Assembly: GCA_031397815.1 (NCBI GenBank)
Contig: JANNMJ010000168.1
Span: 4,273 to 68,272, forward strand
Direction: 5' to 3'
Length of the DNA: 64,000 bases
Source of the DNA: Hymenobacteraceae bacterium
GTDB taxonomy: Bacteria; Bacteroidota; Bacteroidia; Cytophagales; Hymenobacteraceae
Positions 1 to 8,251 of this stretch are shown one piece after another. Below the pieces are notes generated by a model. The model made no database searches, was not told the origin of the DNA, and saw only the letters and a program-made list of their open reading frames with translations. Every line of letters begins with the position of its first letter. The first letter of the stretch is position 1. Position numbers and translations under genes: made by a program.

Positions 1-46
1 CCAGATTGACGCTCCTAGAATCAGGAAAATCAATCCATCAGCTAAA

Positions 47-655
47 TCAGCGTTCTGCTTTGAACCGCTCGATACGGTCCTGCACTTTCCAATTGATGGC
101 GTCGCGGTATTTCTTGTCCGTGACGGTCGCCCAGATGTCTTTGTCGTCGTCTTCGGAGCGGAGGAGGTCGGCGGCGCGAATCACCCAAACGTTGACGCAC
201 GGCAGCGCCTCGCCGAGCTGCGCTTTGGCGGCGGCTAGGGCGTCGGTTGGGTTTGCGCCCAGCACCGTGCCGGCGTGGACGTGGCCTTTGCCGCGCTTCT
301 TGAGGTGAAAAATCTCGTACGCTTCGCCGGTGCCCGTCGGCGTGGGCAGCTCCGTCAGGGTCGAATAAACCGAGACCGCCTCATCAGTATACGGCGTGTG
401 GAGGACGTCGCGGGTCGCGCAGACCCACATTCCCGTACACGGAAACCGGCGGCTGTACTGCTCCTTGCCGAACAGAAACGCCATATCGGGCGTCGCCGCG
501 TGGACCGGCCCGACGTACGTAAACGCCTGTCCTTCCTTCCGCTGATGAAACACCTCGAACGTTTCGAGCTGGTCGAGGGCGGTTTTTGGCTGGTCGGCGC
601 CCGGCGCGTCGGGCAAATGCAGGCGCGTGACGCGCGGGTCGAGGGAAACGAGCAT
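47..655 (-). CDS. paaB: 1,2-phenylacetyl-CoA epoxidase subunit B, tandem PaaB-PaaB fusion
   Basis: ORF 47..751. It has two internal copies of the PaaB signature (FEVFHQRKEGQAFTYVGPVHA..MWVCATRDV and YEIFHLKKRGKGHVHAGTVLGA..VWVIRAADL) and lies directly downstream of paaA. ATG at 655 is preferred because the 32-aa extension to 751 has no PaaB-like sequence. Confidence 0.8.
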   Translation of the reverse strand: MLVSLDPRVTRLHLPDAPGADQPKTALDQLETFEVFHQRKEGQAFTYVGPVHAATPDMAFLFGKEQYSRRFPCTGMWVCATRDVLHTPYTDEAVSVYSTLTELPTPTGTGEAYEIFHLKKRGKGHVHAGTVLGANPTDALAAAKAQLGEALPCVNVWVIRAADLLRSEDDDKDIWATVTDKKYRDAINWKVQDRIERFKAER

Positions 656-754
656 TTTTTCGATGATGTGAAAAAATGTGGGAGATGAGAAAGGTGTGAA
701 GGCGGCGGCAGGCGCCCATCGGTCACATCCATTCACATCCCCCACATCCACGAA

Positions 755-1744
755 TTAGGCCAGCGGCGCCACGTATTGCGTCGTCGGTTTGAGCAGGGCG
801 CGCCGCACCCACGCGCCGCGCTCCTCCGCCTTCCGCCGCACCGCGAGGCGCTCGGCGTTGCACGGGCCGTCGCCGTTGATGACGCGCTTGAACTCGTCCC
901 AATCCGGCTCGGCGAACTCCCACTGATTAGTTTCCTCGTTCTTGCGGAGCGTCGGGTCGGGAAGGGTTAGGCCCAGCTCCCAAATCTTCGGCACATACAT
1001 ATCGAGGAACTGCTGACGCGCGTCGTCGTTGGTGATCATCTTCACCTTCCAGCGCATCAGAATCTCGGTGTGGACGCTCATCTTGTCCGGCGGACCGAAG
1101 AACATCATCAGCGGCTGCCACCAGCGGTTAAGGGCTTCCTGAATCAGGCGACGCTGGGTAGGCGTGCCGGTCGCGAGGTGCGTGACGGCGTCGTGGCCGT
1201 ATTTCAGGTGGAAGCTTTCTTCGGCGCAAATCCGGTCCAGAGCGCGGCAATACGGGCCGTAGGAGCCGCGTGCATTCGCCATCTGGTTCACAATCGCCCC
1301 GGCATCGACGAGCCACGAAATCACGTTGGAATCAGCCCACGTGAAGGTCGGGTAGTTGAAGATGTTCGAGTACTTACTCTTACCTGAAACCAAGTCGTCG
1401 AGCATCGCCTCGCGGGTTTTGCCCAGCGTTTCAGCCGCCGAGTACAGCAGCTGACCGTGCCCGATCTCGTCCTGCACCTTCGCCATCTGCGCCATCTTGC
1501 GGCGGAAGCCGGGCGCCCGCGTAATCCACGCACCCTCGGGCAGCGCGCCGATGATTTCGGAGTGCGCGTGCTGCTCAATCATCCGCGTGAGCTGCTTGCG
1601 GTAGAGTTTCGGCATCCAGTCGCCGGGCTCGATTTTTTCGCCCCGCGCAATGCGGGCCTCAAATTCGGCCAACTTGATAGGATCTTCCAGTTCCAGCCCG
1701 TCGGATTTCGCGGGTGCTTCGAAGGTGTTTCCGCCGCCGTACAT
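755..1744 (-). CDS. paaA: 1,2-phenylacetyl-CoA epoxidase catalytic subunit A
   Basis: 329-aa ORF with di-iron ligand-type motifs ([24 protein letters not shown]) and overall PaaA-like sequence. Confidence 0.9.
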   Translation of the reverse strand: MYGGGNTFEAPAKSDGLELEDPIKLAEFEARIARGEKIEPGDWMPKLYRKQLTRMIEQHAHSEIIGALPEGAWITRAPGFRRKMAQMAKVQDEIGHGQLLYSAAETLGKTREAMLDDLVSGKSKYSNIFNYPTFTWADSNVISWLVDAGAIVNQMANARGSYGPYCRALDRICAEESFHLKYGHDAVTHLATGTPTQRRLIQEALNRWWQPLMMFFGPPDKMSVHTEILMRWKVKMITNDDARQQFLDMYVPKIWELGLTLPDPTLRKNEETNQWEFAEPDWDEFKRVINGDGPCNAERLAVRRKAEERGAWVRRALLKPTTQYVAPLA

Positions 1745-1777
1745 ATGATTTGGGGTTTCTGGTTGCTGAGGAAAGTG

Positions 1778-1866
1778 GTCGAGTCAGGGTCGAGTCAGAA
1801 TCAGGGTCGATTCAAAATCAAAATCAAAATCAAAATCAGAATCAGATTGAAGTCAGAGTCAGGCTT
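1778..1866. repeat. period-6 simple-sequence repeat (GTCGAG/TCAGGG/AATCAA units, incl. (AATCAA)x4)
   Basis: Read directly: gtcgagtcagggtcgagtcagaatcagggtcgattcaaaatcaaaatcaaaatcaaaatcagaatcagattgaagtcagagtcagg. It lies between the paaA start and the TetR gene stop. Confidence 0.85.
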
Positions 1867-1918
1867 GAAATCGATTCCGGAGGCTGATTGGTCGAGGTTG
1901 GTCGAAAGCTTTAGGCGA

Positions 1919-2506
1919 TTAGCCGCCTAAGCCTTGAAGTAGCGTGGTGGTGAGGCGTTCGGCGATCTCGTCGGCGGTCAGCTTGCCGTCGGGCTTGTAC
2001 CACGTCGGGAGCCAGTTGAGGCCGGAGAGCAGCCAAAGAGCCGCGAAACGTTCGTCGTTGGCGGGCAGCCGGAGCGTACCGGCATCGGCACCGCGCCGCA
2101 GCAGCGCCCGTACGCGCACTTCATACGCCTCGCGCCGGTCGATGAACGCCGTCAGGGCCGGTTCCGCCAAGTGCCGCCATTCGGCGAGGAAGACTTGGGA
2201 AGCCGCCGGGTCGGTGGTCAGCACCCGGACGTGGCCGTGGATGAGGAGCCGGAGCGCGTCAATGGGAGAATTCGTGGTGTGTTCCGCGATTTCGAGCGCC
2301 CCAAAAAACTCGTCGGCCAGCCGGAAACAGATGTCGTGCAGCAGCTCCTGCTTCGACGAGATGTGCGAGTACAGCGACGCCGCTTCCACCCCGAGCGCCG
2401 CCGCCAGCTCGCGCATACTCGTGGCAGCAAACCCACGGTCCTGAAACAGGGCGGTGGCTTGCCGACGAATCTGAGCTTTGCGTTTTTCGGGGACGGTAGG
2501 AGCCAT
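1919..2506 (-). CDS. TetR/AcrR family transcriptional regulator
   Basis: 195-aa ORF with an N-terminal HTH (FQDRGFAATSMRELAAALGVEAASLYSHISSKQELL) typical of TetR_N. Confidence 0.9.
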   Translation of the reverse strand: MAPTVPEKRKAQIRRQATALFQDRGFAATSMRELAAALGVEAASLYSHISSKQELLHDICFRLADEFFGALEIAEHTTNSPIDALRLLIHGHVRVLTTDPAASQVFLAEWRHLAEPALTAFIDRREAYEVRVRALLRRGADAGTLRLPANDERFAALWLLSGLNWLPTWYKPDGKLTADEIAERLTTTLLQGLGG

Positions 2507-2565
2507 ATTTCTCTACAAAGGTCGCTTGCCTAACAGTCGTTAGCAAATTAAGTTTCGGTCCGTCC

Positions 2566-2579
2566 GCTCAACGTTGAGC
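2566..2579. promoter_or_regulatory. perfect 14-bp palindrome GCTCAACGTTGAGC, candidate TetR operator
   Basis: Perfect dyad in the divergent TetR/LTD-protein intergenic region. A second dyad, CTAAC-AGTC-GTTAG, is at 2530..2543, and related half-sites (gcggttgagc, gcgttgagc) follow. Confidence 0.35.
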
Positions 2580-2804
2580 TGCGGTTGAGCAGCCTGTTAT
2601 TAGGAGGCCGCAAAGGCGGTTTCCCACCGAAAAGCTGCGTTGAGCGAAGGATTGCGGAACTAACGAATCAGGCATTAGCGATAAGCCACATAACACGGGC
2701 ACAACGCAATGCGTAACGAAAACGTAACGCGTTCAACAAGCGCACGGTAGCGTACCTTTACGCCCCGGATTCAATCAACCCCGGTTCCTCGTTTTATTAC
2801 TGGT

Positions 2805-3893
2805 ATGAACAAGATGTACACCCTGGTCAGCGCCCTCTTGCTGACGACAGCCGGCCCCGCTCTGGCGCAAGGCACCGAGCTTTTCATTTCGGAGTACGAC
2901 GAAGGCGCACAGCCGTCCTCGACCTCGCCTAACCCCTGCGCCAACACCCCCAACGGGACCGGCAACGAGAAGGCGATGGAAATCTACAACCCCACGACGA
3001 GCACCGTCAACCTCGACCGTTACTCGCTCCGCCGCTATTCCAACGGTGCTGCCGCGCCCGATTACGAAGAGCGCATCATCCGCACGACCGGCCCGAACAC
3101 GCTCGCGCCCGGCGCGACGTTCGTGATCGCCAACCCCGAAGCCACCCTCGCTGATATCCGCAGCGTGGCGAACCAGTTCAGCGCCGCCCGCACGAGCAGC
3201 GCCCCTTCGGTGATCATCGGCGGTGGCCCGACCTTCTTCAACGGCAACGACGCGATGGTGCTCGTGCGCTGGACTGGCCCCGTAGCTGGCCAAGGCACGG
3301 CGTTCATCGTTGACGTCTTCGGCATCATCGGGCACAACCCCGGCGGTGGCTCGGCCTCGAACGGTCAGTGGGTCGGAACCGACTCGATGGGTGTTCAGGT
3401 GATTACGTCGAACCAGTCGCTCATCCGCCGTCAGTGGGTATCGGCCGGCAACACGTTCTGGAACCTGAACAACTCGCCCGCGCCAGACCCTACGCAGTTC
3501 AACCCCGGCGACGAGTGGGAGATGTACTCTTCGGCTTTCCCGAACGGCGTATCTGACCCGTGCTCGCAGCAGTACAACGACCTCGGCCAGCACACCTACA
3601 CCGGCCCAAGCGGTGCGTACAACACCACGCTCGGTGTGCTCGAAGAATTCAGCAACGCCATCCAGTTCTACCCGAACCCGGCTTCTAGCCGCGTGAACGT
3701 ATCGCTCGGCACGGCTAAAGTGGGCAAGCTGACGGTGATGAACACCCTCGGCCGCACCATCTCGACGCGTGCGGCCTCTTCGGAAGCCACCACGTCGCTC
3801 GACGTGTCGGGCCTCGCGCCGGGTCTGTACCTCGTGCGTTGCGAAAGCGCCGACGGCAAGCTGGCGATCTACAAAGAGCTGGTGATTCAATAG
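2805..3893 (+). CDS. secreted lamin-tail-domain (LTD) protein with T9SS C-terminal sorting domain
   Basis: Signal peptide (LLLTTAGPALAQG). LFISEYDEG..KAMEIYNPTTSTVNLDRYSL resembles the LTD region of ExeM/NucH-type proteins. The C-terminus FYPNPASSRVNVSL..LAPGLYLVRC..KLAIYKELVIQ is a T9SS CTD. A TACCTTTA box sits at 2752..2759. Confidence 0.75.
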   Translation: MNKMYTLVSALLLTTAGPALAQGTELFISEYDEGAQPSSTSPNPCANTPNGTGNEKAMEIYNPTTSTVNLDRYSLRRYSNGAAAPDYEERIIRTTGPNTLAPGATFVIANPEATLADIRSVANQFSAARTSSAPSVIIGGGPTFFNGNDAMVLVRWTGPVAGQGTAFIVDVFGIIGHNPGGGSASNGQWVGTDSMGVQVITSNQSLIRRQWVSAGNTFWNLNNSPAPDPTQFNPGDEWEMYSSAFPNGVSDPCSQQYNDLGQHTYTGPSGAYNTTLGVLEEFSNAIQFYPNPASSRVNVSLGTAKVGKLTVMNTLGRTISTRAASSEATTSLDVSGLAPGLYLVRCESADGKLAIYKELVIQ

Positions 3894-3958
3894 TCATTGG
3901 CCTTCTGACTCAGGTTCAGAAGCAACCGCTTCGCCGCCTGAAAGCCGACCAAATTCAA

Positions 3959-3997
3959 ACGCCGCGCGGAGTCTTTGCTCCGGGCGGCGTTTTTTTG
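3959..3997 (+). terminator. rho-independent terminator after the LTD gene
   Basis: Stem acgccgcgcggag/ctccgggcggcgt followed by TTTTTTT. Confidence 0.7.
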
Positions 3998-4004
3998 TAC
4001 CCTG

Positions 4005-5066
4005 ATGCAAACCCCCACTTCCGCCGCCGCCGCCGATAACCTCACGCCGCTGAATCGCTTGGGCGAATTCGGCCTGATTCGTCACCTTCGCCAGTTCGTG
4101 GCGCCGCCGCGCCACGCCGGTACGCTCACGGGCATCGGCGATGATGCCGCCGTGCTGCGGCCGACGGCTGGCCTCGCGCAGGTCATCACCACGGATTTGC
4201 TCATCGAGAGCGTGCATTTCGACCTGACCTTCTGTCCACTCCGCCACCTAGGCTACAAAGCCGTCGCGGTGAACGTCTCCGACGTGGCCGCGATGAACGC
4301 GCGCCCCACCCAGCTGGTGGTGGGGTTGGCTGTGGGCGGGCGGTTCACGGTGGAAGCCATTGAAGAGCTGTACGACGGCATGCGGCTGGCGTGCGAAGCC
4401 TATGGCGTCGATTTGGTCGGGGGCGATACCACTACCAGCCCGAGCGGGCACCTGATGCTCAGCATCACGGCGTTAGGGGAAGCCGAAGAGGAGAAAATTG
4501 TCCGCCGCTCCGGCGCGCAGCCCAACGACCTCATCTGCGTCTCCGGCGACCTCGGCGCCGCTTACCTCGGCCTCCAAGTGCTGAGCCGCGAAAAACAAGC
4601 CTTCCTCGCCGACCCAGAGCATCAGCCGCTCCTCGACCCCTACACGTACGTCGTGCAGCGCCAGCTTCGGCCCGAAGCCCGAATGGACGTCATTCACGAG
4701 CTGAGCGAGCTAGGCGTAGTACCCACCGCGATGCTCGACATCTCCGACGGCCTCGCTTCCGAAGTGCTCCACCTCTGCGAAAGCTCCGGCGTGGGCGCCG
4801 CCGTGTATCAGGAGAAGCTGCCCATCGCGGAAGAGACGCACGAAGTCGCCGATGAATTCAAGATTGACCCGGTGACGTGCGCCCTCAACGGCGGCGAGGA
4901 TTATGAGCTGCTCTTCACCATTCCCCTCGCGCAGCACGACCGCATCCGCAACCACCCCGATATCACGGTCATCGGCCACGTCCTGCCCAACGGCCAGGGC
5001 GCGCACCTGATTATGCCTTCCGGCAACGCCATCGCCCTAAAAGCGCAGGGCTGGACGGCGTTTTAG
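4005..5066 (+). CDS. thiL: thiamine-monophosphate kinase
   Basis: ORF 3975..5066. EFGLIRHL..GIGDDAAVL..DLLIESVHF..GYKAVAVNVSDVAAMNA..GGDTT is the ThiL/AIR-synthase-like signature. ATG at 4005 was chosen because 3975 lies inside the upstream terminator. Confidence 0.9.
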   Translation: MQTPTSAAAADNLTPLNRLGEFGLIRHLRQFVAPPRHAGTLTGIGDDAAVLRPTAGLAQVITTDLLIESVHFDLTFCPLRHLGYKAVAVNVSDVAAMNARPTQLVVGLAVGGRFTVEAIEELYDGMRLACEAYGVDLVGGDTTTSPSGHLMLSITALGEAEEEKIVRRSGAQPNDLICVSGDLGAAYLGLQVLSREKQAFLADPEHQPLLDPYTYVVQRQLRPEARMDVIHELSELGVVPTAMLDISDGLASEVLHLCESSGVGAAVYQEKLPIAEETHEVADEFKIDPVTCALNGGEDYELLFTIPLAQHDRIRNHPDITVIGHVLPNGQGAHLIMPSGNAIALKAQGWTAF

Positions 5067-5072
5067 GGGGAA

Positions 5073-5207
5073 ATCCTCACCCCAACCCCTCTCCCAAGGA
5101 GAGGGGCTTTTGAAATTACCCCGTAGTGCGGGCGGGCACAAGGCCCGCCCCTACGACCTCAACTAGGCTCCCCCTCTCCTTTGGAGAGGGGGCTGGGGGG
5201 TGAGGAT
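5073..5207. repeat. composite REP/MITE-like element: inverted REP-A arms flanking a REP-B hairpin
   Basis: Left arm atcctcaccccaacccctctcccaaggagaggggc (5073..5107). Right arm gctccccctctcctttggagagggggctggggggtgaggat (5167..5207) is its inverted copy. The centre is gtagtgcgggcgggcacaaggcccgcccctac (5123..5154). Confidence 0.85.
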
Positions 5208-5214
5208 ACGCACC

Positions 5215-5259
5215 AAGCGGCCCCGCCAAACCTTCCAACAAGGTTCGGCGGGGCCGCTT
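5215..5259. terminator. GC-rich hairpin between convergent thiL and nusB
   Basis: Stem aagcggccccgcc/ggcggggccgctt with an 18-19 nt loop and a weak T tail on the + strand. Confidence 0.45.
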
Positions 5260-5290
5260 TATGAATATCGAACGGGTTGTTTACCGCCCG

Positions 5291-6508
5291 TTACTTATTA
5301 TCCAACAAGCCCTTACCCGATTTGCGGATAGCACCGCTAGTAGTCAGCTCCTGCGCGAGCTTATCGAGGATGCCGTTAATAAATTGCTTGGATTTGGGCG
5401 TCGAGTAGAGCTTCGAGATTTCGATGTACTCGTTGATCGTCACCTTCACGGGAATGTCGCGGAAGAGGTGCATCTCGGCGAGGGCGAGCTTGAGGAGGAT
5501 GCGGTCGGTGAGGGCGACGCGCTCGACATCCCAGTTCTGGAGCGTGCCGATGATGAGCTGCTCGTACTGGGCGTCGTCGGCGATGGCGCGGCGGTAGAGC
5601 GCTTCGTAGAACTCCTGGTCTTCCGCCCAGTTCGGCGATAAATCGAGCAGCGGCTCTTCAATCGGGGCGGCTTCGGTGAGCGACTTGATGGTTTTGCTCA
5701 CTAGGGAGCGCACGACCGGCCGGTTTTCTTCCCAGTTGAGGTCGCGGGCGGCGAACCACGCTTCCAGCTCGTCGTTCTTGAAAACCATCGTCTTGAGCAG
5801 GTGCCGGAGCGCCTCTTGGTGCTCTTCGTAGGTCACCTCGCCGGGTTTCACGAGGTAGGCGCGTAGCTCTTCGTCGTCTTTGAAAGCGGTTTGATAGAAA
5901 TCGCGTAGCAGTCGGAATTCATCGCCTTCCCACTTGAGGTCGCGGCGGATGGCGCGCTCGCGGAGCTGCGGATTCGCGAGGAGCTTCTCGACGGCCGGGT
6001 TCTCCAGAAACCGGGTGGTGTCGAGGGTCGCGGGGCGCGGCTCACCGGTGCGGGTCGGGCGGCTGAGCAACTCGCGCTCGTCGCGGATGAGCCGTTGGAG
6101 GGCTTCCGGAATCAGCAGCGTCAGCAGATAATGGTCGTAAATGCGCTCCACGGCGGCGAGCAGCTCGTGCTGAATCCGACGGGCATCACGGTCTAAACCG
6201 GCTTCGTACTGGCGGATGGCGTTATTGACGGCCGCGCGGATGGGCGCTTCCGTCACGGTATCATCGGCGGCGAAAGCAGGTTTCGGCGCGTTGGCTTTCC
6301 GGGCTTCACGCCACTCGTTGAAGGCCATTTCAGAGAGCTTGCGCTGCCCTTCGAGCCGCCGACGGTCGGGCGCTACTTCGGCCATCAAATCAGGCTCGAA
6401 AGCAGCGGCGATTTGGTCGAGTGCCAATTGGGAATTGGCGCCTTCGGCTTGCCAGTAACCAAAAATGGCCTGCATCGCTTTGATACGAAGGGTACGGCGG
6501 TTGAGCAT
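5291..6508 (-). CDS. nusB: transcription antitermination factor NusB (long Bacteroidota form)
   Basis: ORF 5291..6589. The C-terminus (DRILLKLALAEMHLFRDIPVKVTINEYIEISKLYSTPKSKQFINGILDKL) is the NusB domain. ATG at 6508 (MLNRRTLRIKAMQAIFGY) matches the usual N-terminus. Confidence 0.85.
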   Translation of the reverse strand: MLNRRTLRIKAMQAIFGYWQAEGANSQLALDQIAAAFEPDLMAEVAPDRRRLEGQRKLSEMAFNEWREARKANAPKPAFAADDTVTEAPIRAAVNNAIRQYEAGLDRDARRIQHELLAAVERIYDHYLLTLLIPEALQRLIRDERELLSRPTRTGEPRPATLDTTRFLENPAVEKLLANPQLRERAIRRDLKWEGDEFRLLRDFYQTAFKDDEELRAYLVKPGEVTYEEHQEALRHLLKTMVFKNDELEAWFAARDLNWEENRPVVRSLVSKTIKSLTEAAPIEEPLLDLSPNWAEDQEFYEALYRRAIADDAQYEQLIIGTLQNWDVERVALTDRILLKLALAEMHLFRDIPVKVTINEYIEISKLYSTPKSKQFINGILDKLAQELTTSGAIRKSGKGLLDNK

Positions 6509-6613
6509 AGGGAGGAGAAGATGAGGAAGTGGCCGGTCGGGCGGCCGGGCAAGCACTGAGGCGGGATGCCACCGTGCTTGTCCGGGCAACGGTGCCGGGG
6601 CCTTTCAAAACAC

Positions 6614-6649
6614 AAAGGTCGCACGAGACGCGTGTCTCGTGCGACCTTT
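6614..6649 (-). terminator. perfect 16-bp-stem hairpin after the leucine dehydrogenase gene
   Basis: aaaggtcgcacgagac gcgt gtctcgtgcgaccttt, flanked by T/A-rich sequence on both strands. Confidence 0.65.
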
Positions 6650-6681
6650 TAAAGTCAATCGACCGCCGACCAGCTAATGAG

Positions 6682-7797
6682 CTATACCGTAGCAACCGCC
6701 GGAGCGGCGGCGGCGCGGGCTGCCGCGATGCGTTCCTCGGCAATCCGGATGGCGGCTTGCTGCGGGTGCGTGCCCTGTTCGGCGCAGTAGCGGAAGATGC
6801 CGAGCGTCTGGTCGTAAATCTTCTCGGCCTGCGCGAACGCCTGCGTCGAATTGTAGCCGTGCAGCTCCGAATAGACGTTAATCAGGCCACCGGCGTTGAT
6901 GAGGAAGTCGGGGGCGTAATAAATGCCGCGCTCCACGAGCTGAGGGCCGTGAATGCGCTCATCGGCGAGCTGGTTGTTCGCGCAACCGGCTACCACAGCG
7001 GCTTTCAGGCGCGGAATGGTGTCGTCGTTGAGGGTAGCGCCGAGGGCGCACGGCGCGTAGATATCGACGTCGAGGTCGTAAATCTCATCCAGACCCACGG
7101 CCTGCACTTCGGGGTGCATTTTGGTGATAGCCGCCACGCGCTCGGCGTAGTAATCGGAGATGAACACCGACGCGCCGTCTTTCAGCAGCCGCTCAATCAG
7201 GTGAACACCCACGTGCCCGGCACCCTGCACCGCCACGCGCTTCCCGGCGAGCGAATCAGACCCGAATGCCGTTTTGGCGCCCGCCTTCATGCCGAGGTAG
7301 GTAGTGTAAGCCGTTACGGGCGAAGGGTCACCGGAGCCGCCCATTTCCACGGGCAGGCCCGTTACGTGACGGGTTTCGCGCCGAATCTCGGCCATATCGG
7401 CCGTGTTCACGCCTACGTCTTCGGCGGTGATGTATTTCCCGCCGAGCGATTCCACGAATTGCCCGAAGCGGCGCAGGAGCGCGGGCGTCTTGATCGTCTT
7501 CGCGTCGCCGAGGATGACGGCCTTGCCGCCGCCGAGGTTCAGGCCCGAGATAGACGCTTTGTAGGTCATCCCGCGCGAGAGGCGCAGCACGTCGTGCAGG
7601 GCGTCGGCGTCGGAGGCGTAATGCCACATGCGGGTACCGCCGAGCGCTGGCCCGAGCACCGTATTATGGATGCCGATGATGGCCCGCAGGCCGGTTTCCT
7701 CGTCGTGGCAATACACTACCTGCTCGTGGTGGTGCTGCTCAATCTGCTCGAATACGGAGGGCGCGGCCGCTACGGGTGCGCTGATGACTTCAGCCAT
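6682..7797 (-). CDS. Glu/Leu/Phe/Val dehydrogenase family, leucine dehydrogenase-like
   Basis: 371-aa ORF with KASISGLNLGGGKAVILGD (catalytic Lys region) and a GAGHVG Rossmann motif. A possible -7 box TAACTTTG lies at 7911..7918 on the minus strand. Confidence 0.85.
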   Translation of the reverse strand: MAEVISAPVAAAPSVFEQIEQHHHEQVVYCHDEETGLRAIIGIHNTVLGPALGGTRMWHYASDADALHDVLRLSRGMTYKASISGLNLGGGKAVILGDAKTIKTPALLRRFGQFVESLGGKYITAEDVGVNTADMAEIRRETRHVTGLPVEMGGSGDPSPVTAYTTYLGMKAGAKTAFGSDSLAGKRVAVQGAGHVGVHLIERLLKDGASVFISDYYAERVAAITKMHPEVQAVGLDEIYDLDVDIYAPCALGATLNDDTIPRLKAAVVAGCANNQLADERIHGPQLVERGIYYAPDFLINAGGLINVYSELHGYNSTQAFAQAEKIYDQTLGIFRYCAEQGTHPQQAAIRIAEERIAAARAAAAPAVATV

Positions 7798-8251
7798 TGG
7801 CGGGGATGATGGAGACGGCCGGAGCCGCCAGTTGCGGATGAATGGTGAACGGTAGGGGTAGTGCTAGGTTGCGGGTACCAGCGCCCCACACTGCGGGCGG
7901 TTTGGTCAGACAAAGTTAGCCGTTTTTGCGTTTGGCGACGAGGATGCCACCCAACGGTCACCCGAACGCGGCAAACCACATCATAATCAGCAGAGTGGCC
8001 TAGGACGGGACACCGGGAGTCAGAAAAAGCCAGCCGCCCGTTCCCCGTCCGAGCAGCCATTTCCCCCCCGTTTCAGTCTGCCGGAGGGCGGTCATCGGCT
8101 GGTCGCTGATTTCCAATCTATCATTAGCCGTCGAACCAGAATTTCAACGCTAAACTGTCTTTTTTAATGATGAGCAGCTTAAATCAGGGTTTCCTGTTGA
8201 GGTATGGGGTGGTGCGCGCCTTCGCGGACGGTTGCTCATTGAGCGTTAACG

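Noticed and set aside
1-46. Possible start of a paaC-like gene downstream of paaB at the window edge
   Set aside because: Only 46 nt are available, and the single minus-strand ATG (36..38) runs into a stop after two codons. It cannot be supported.
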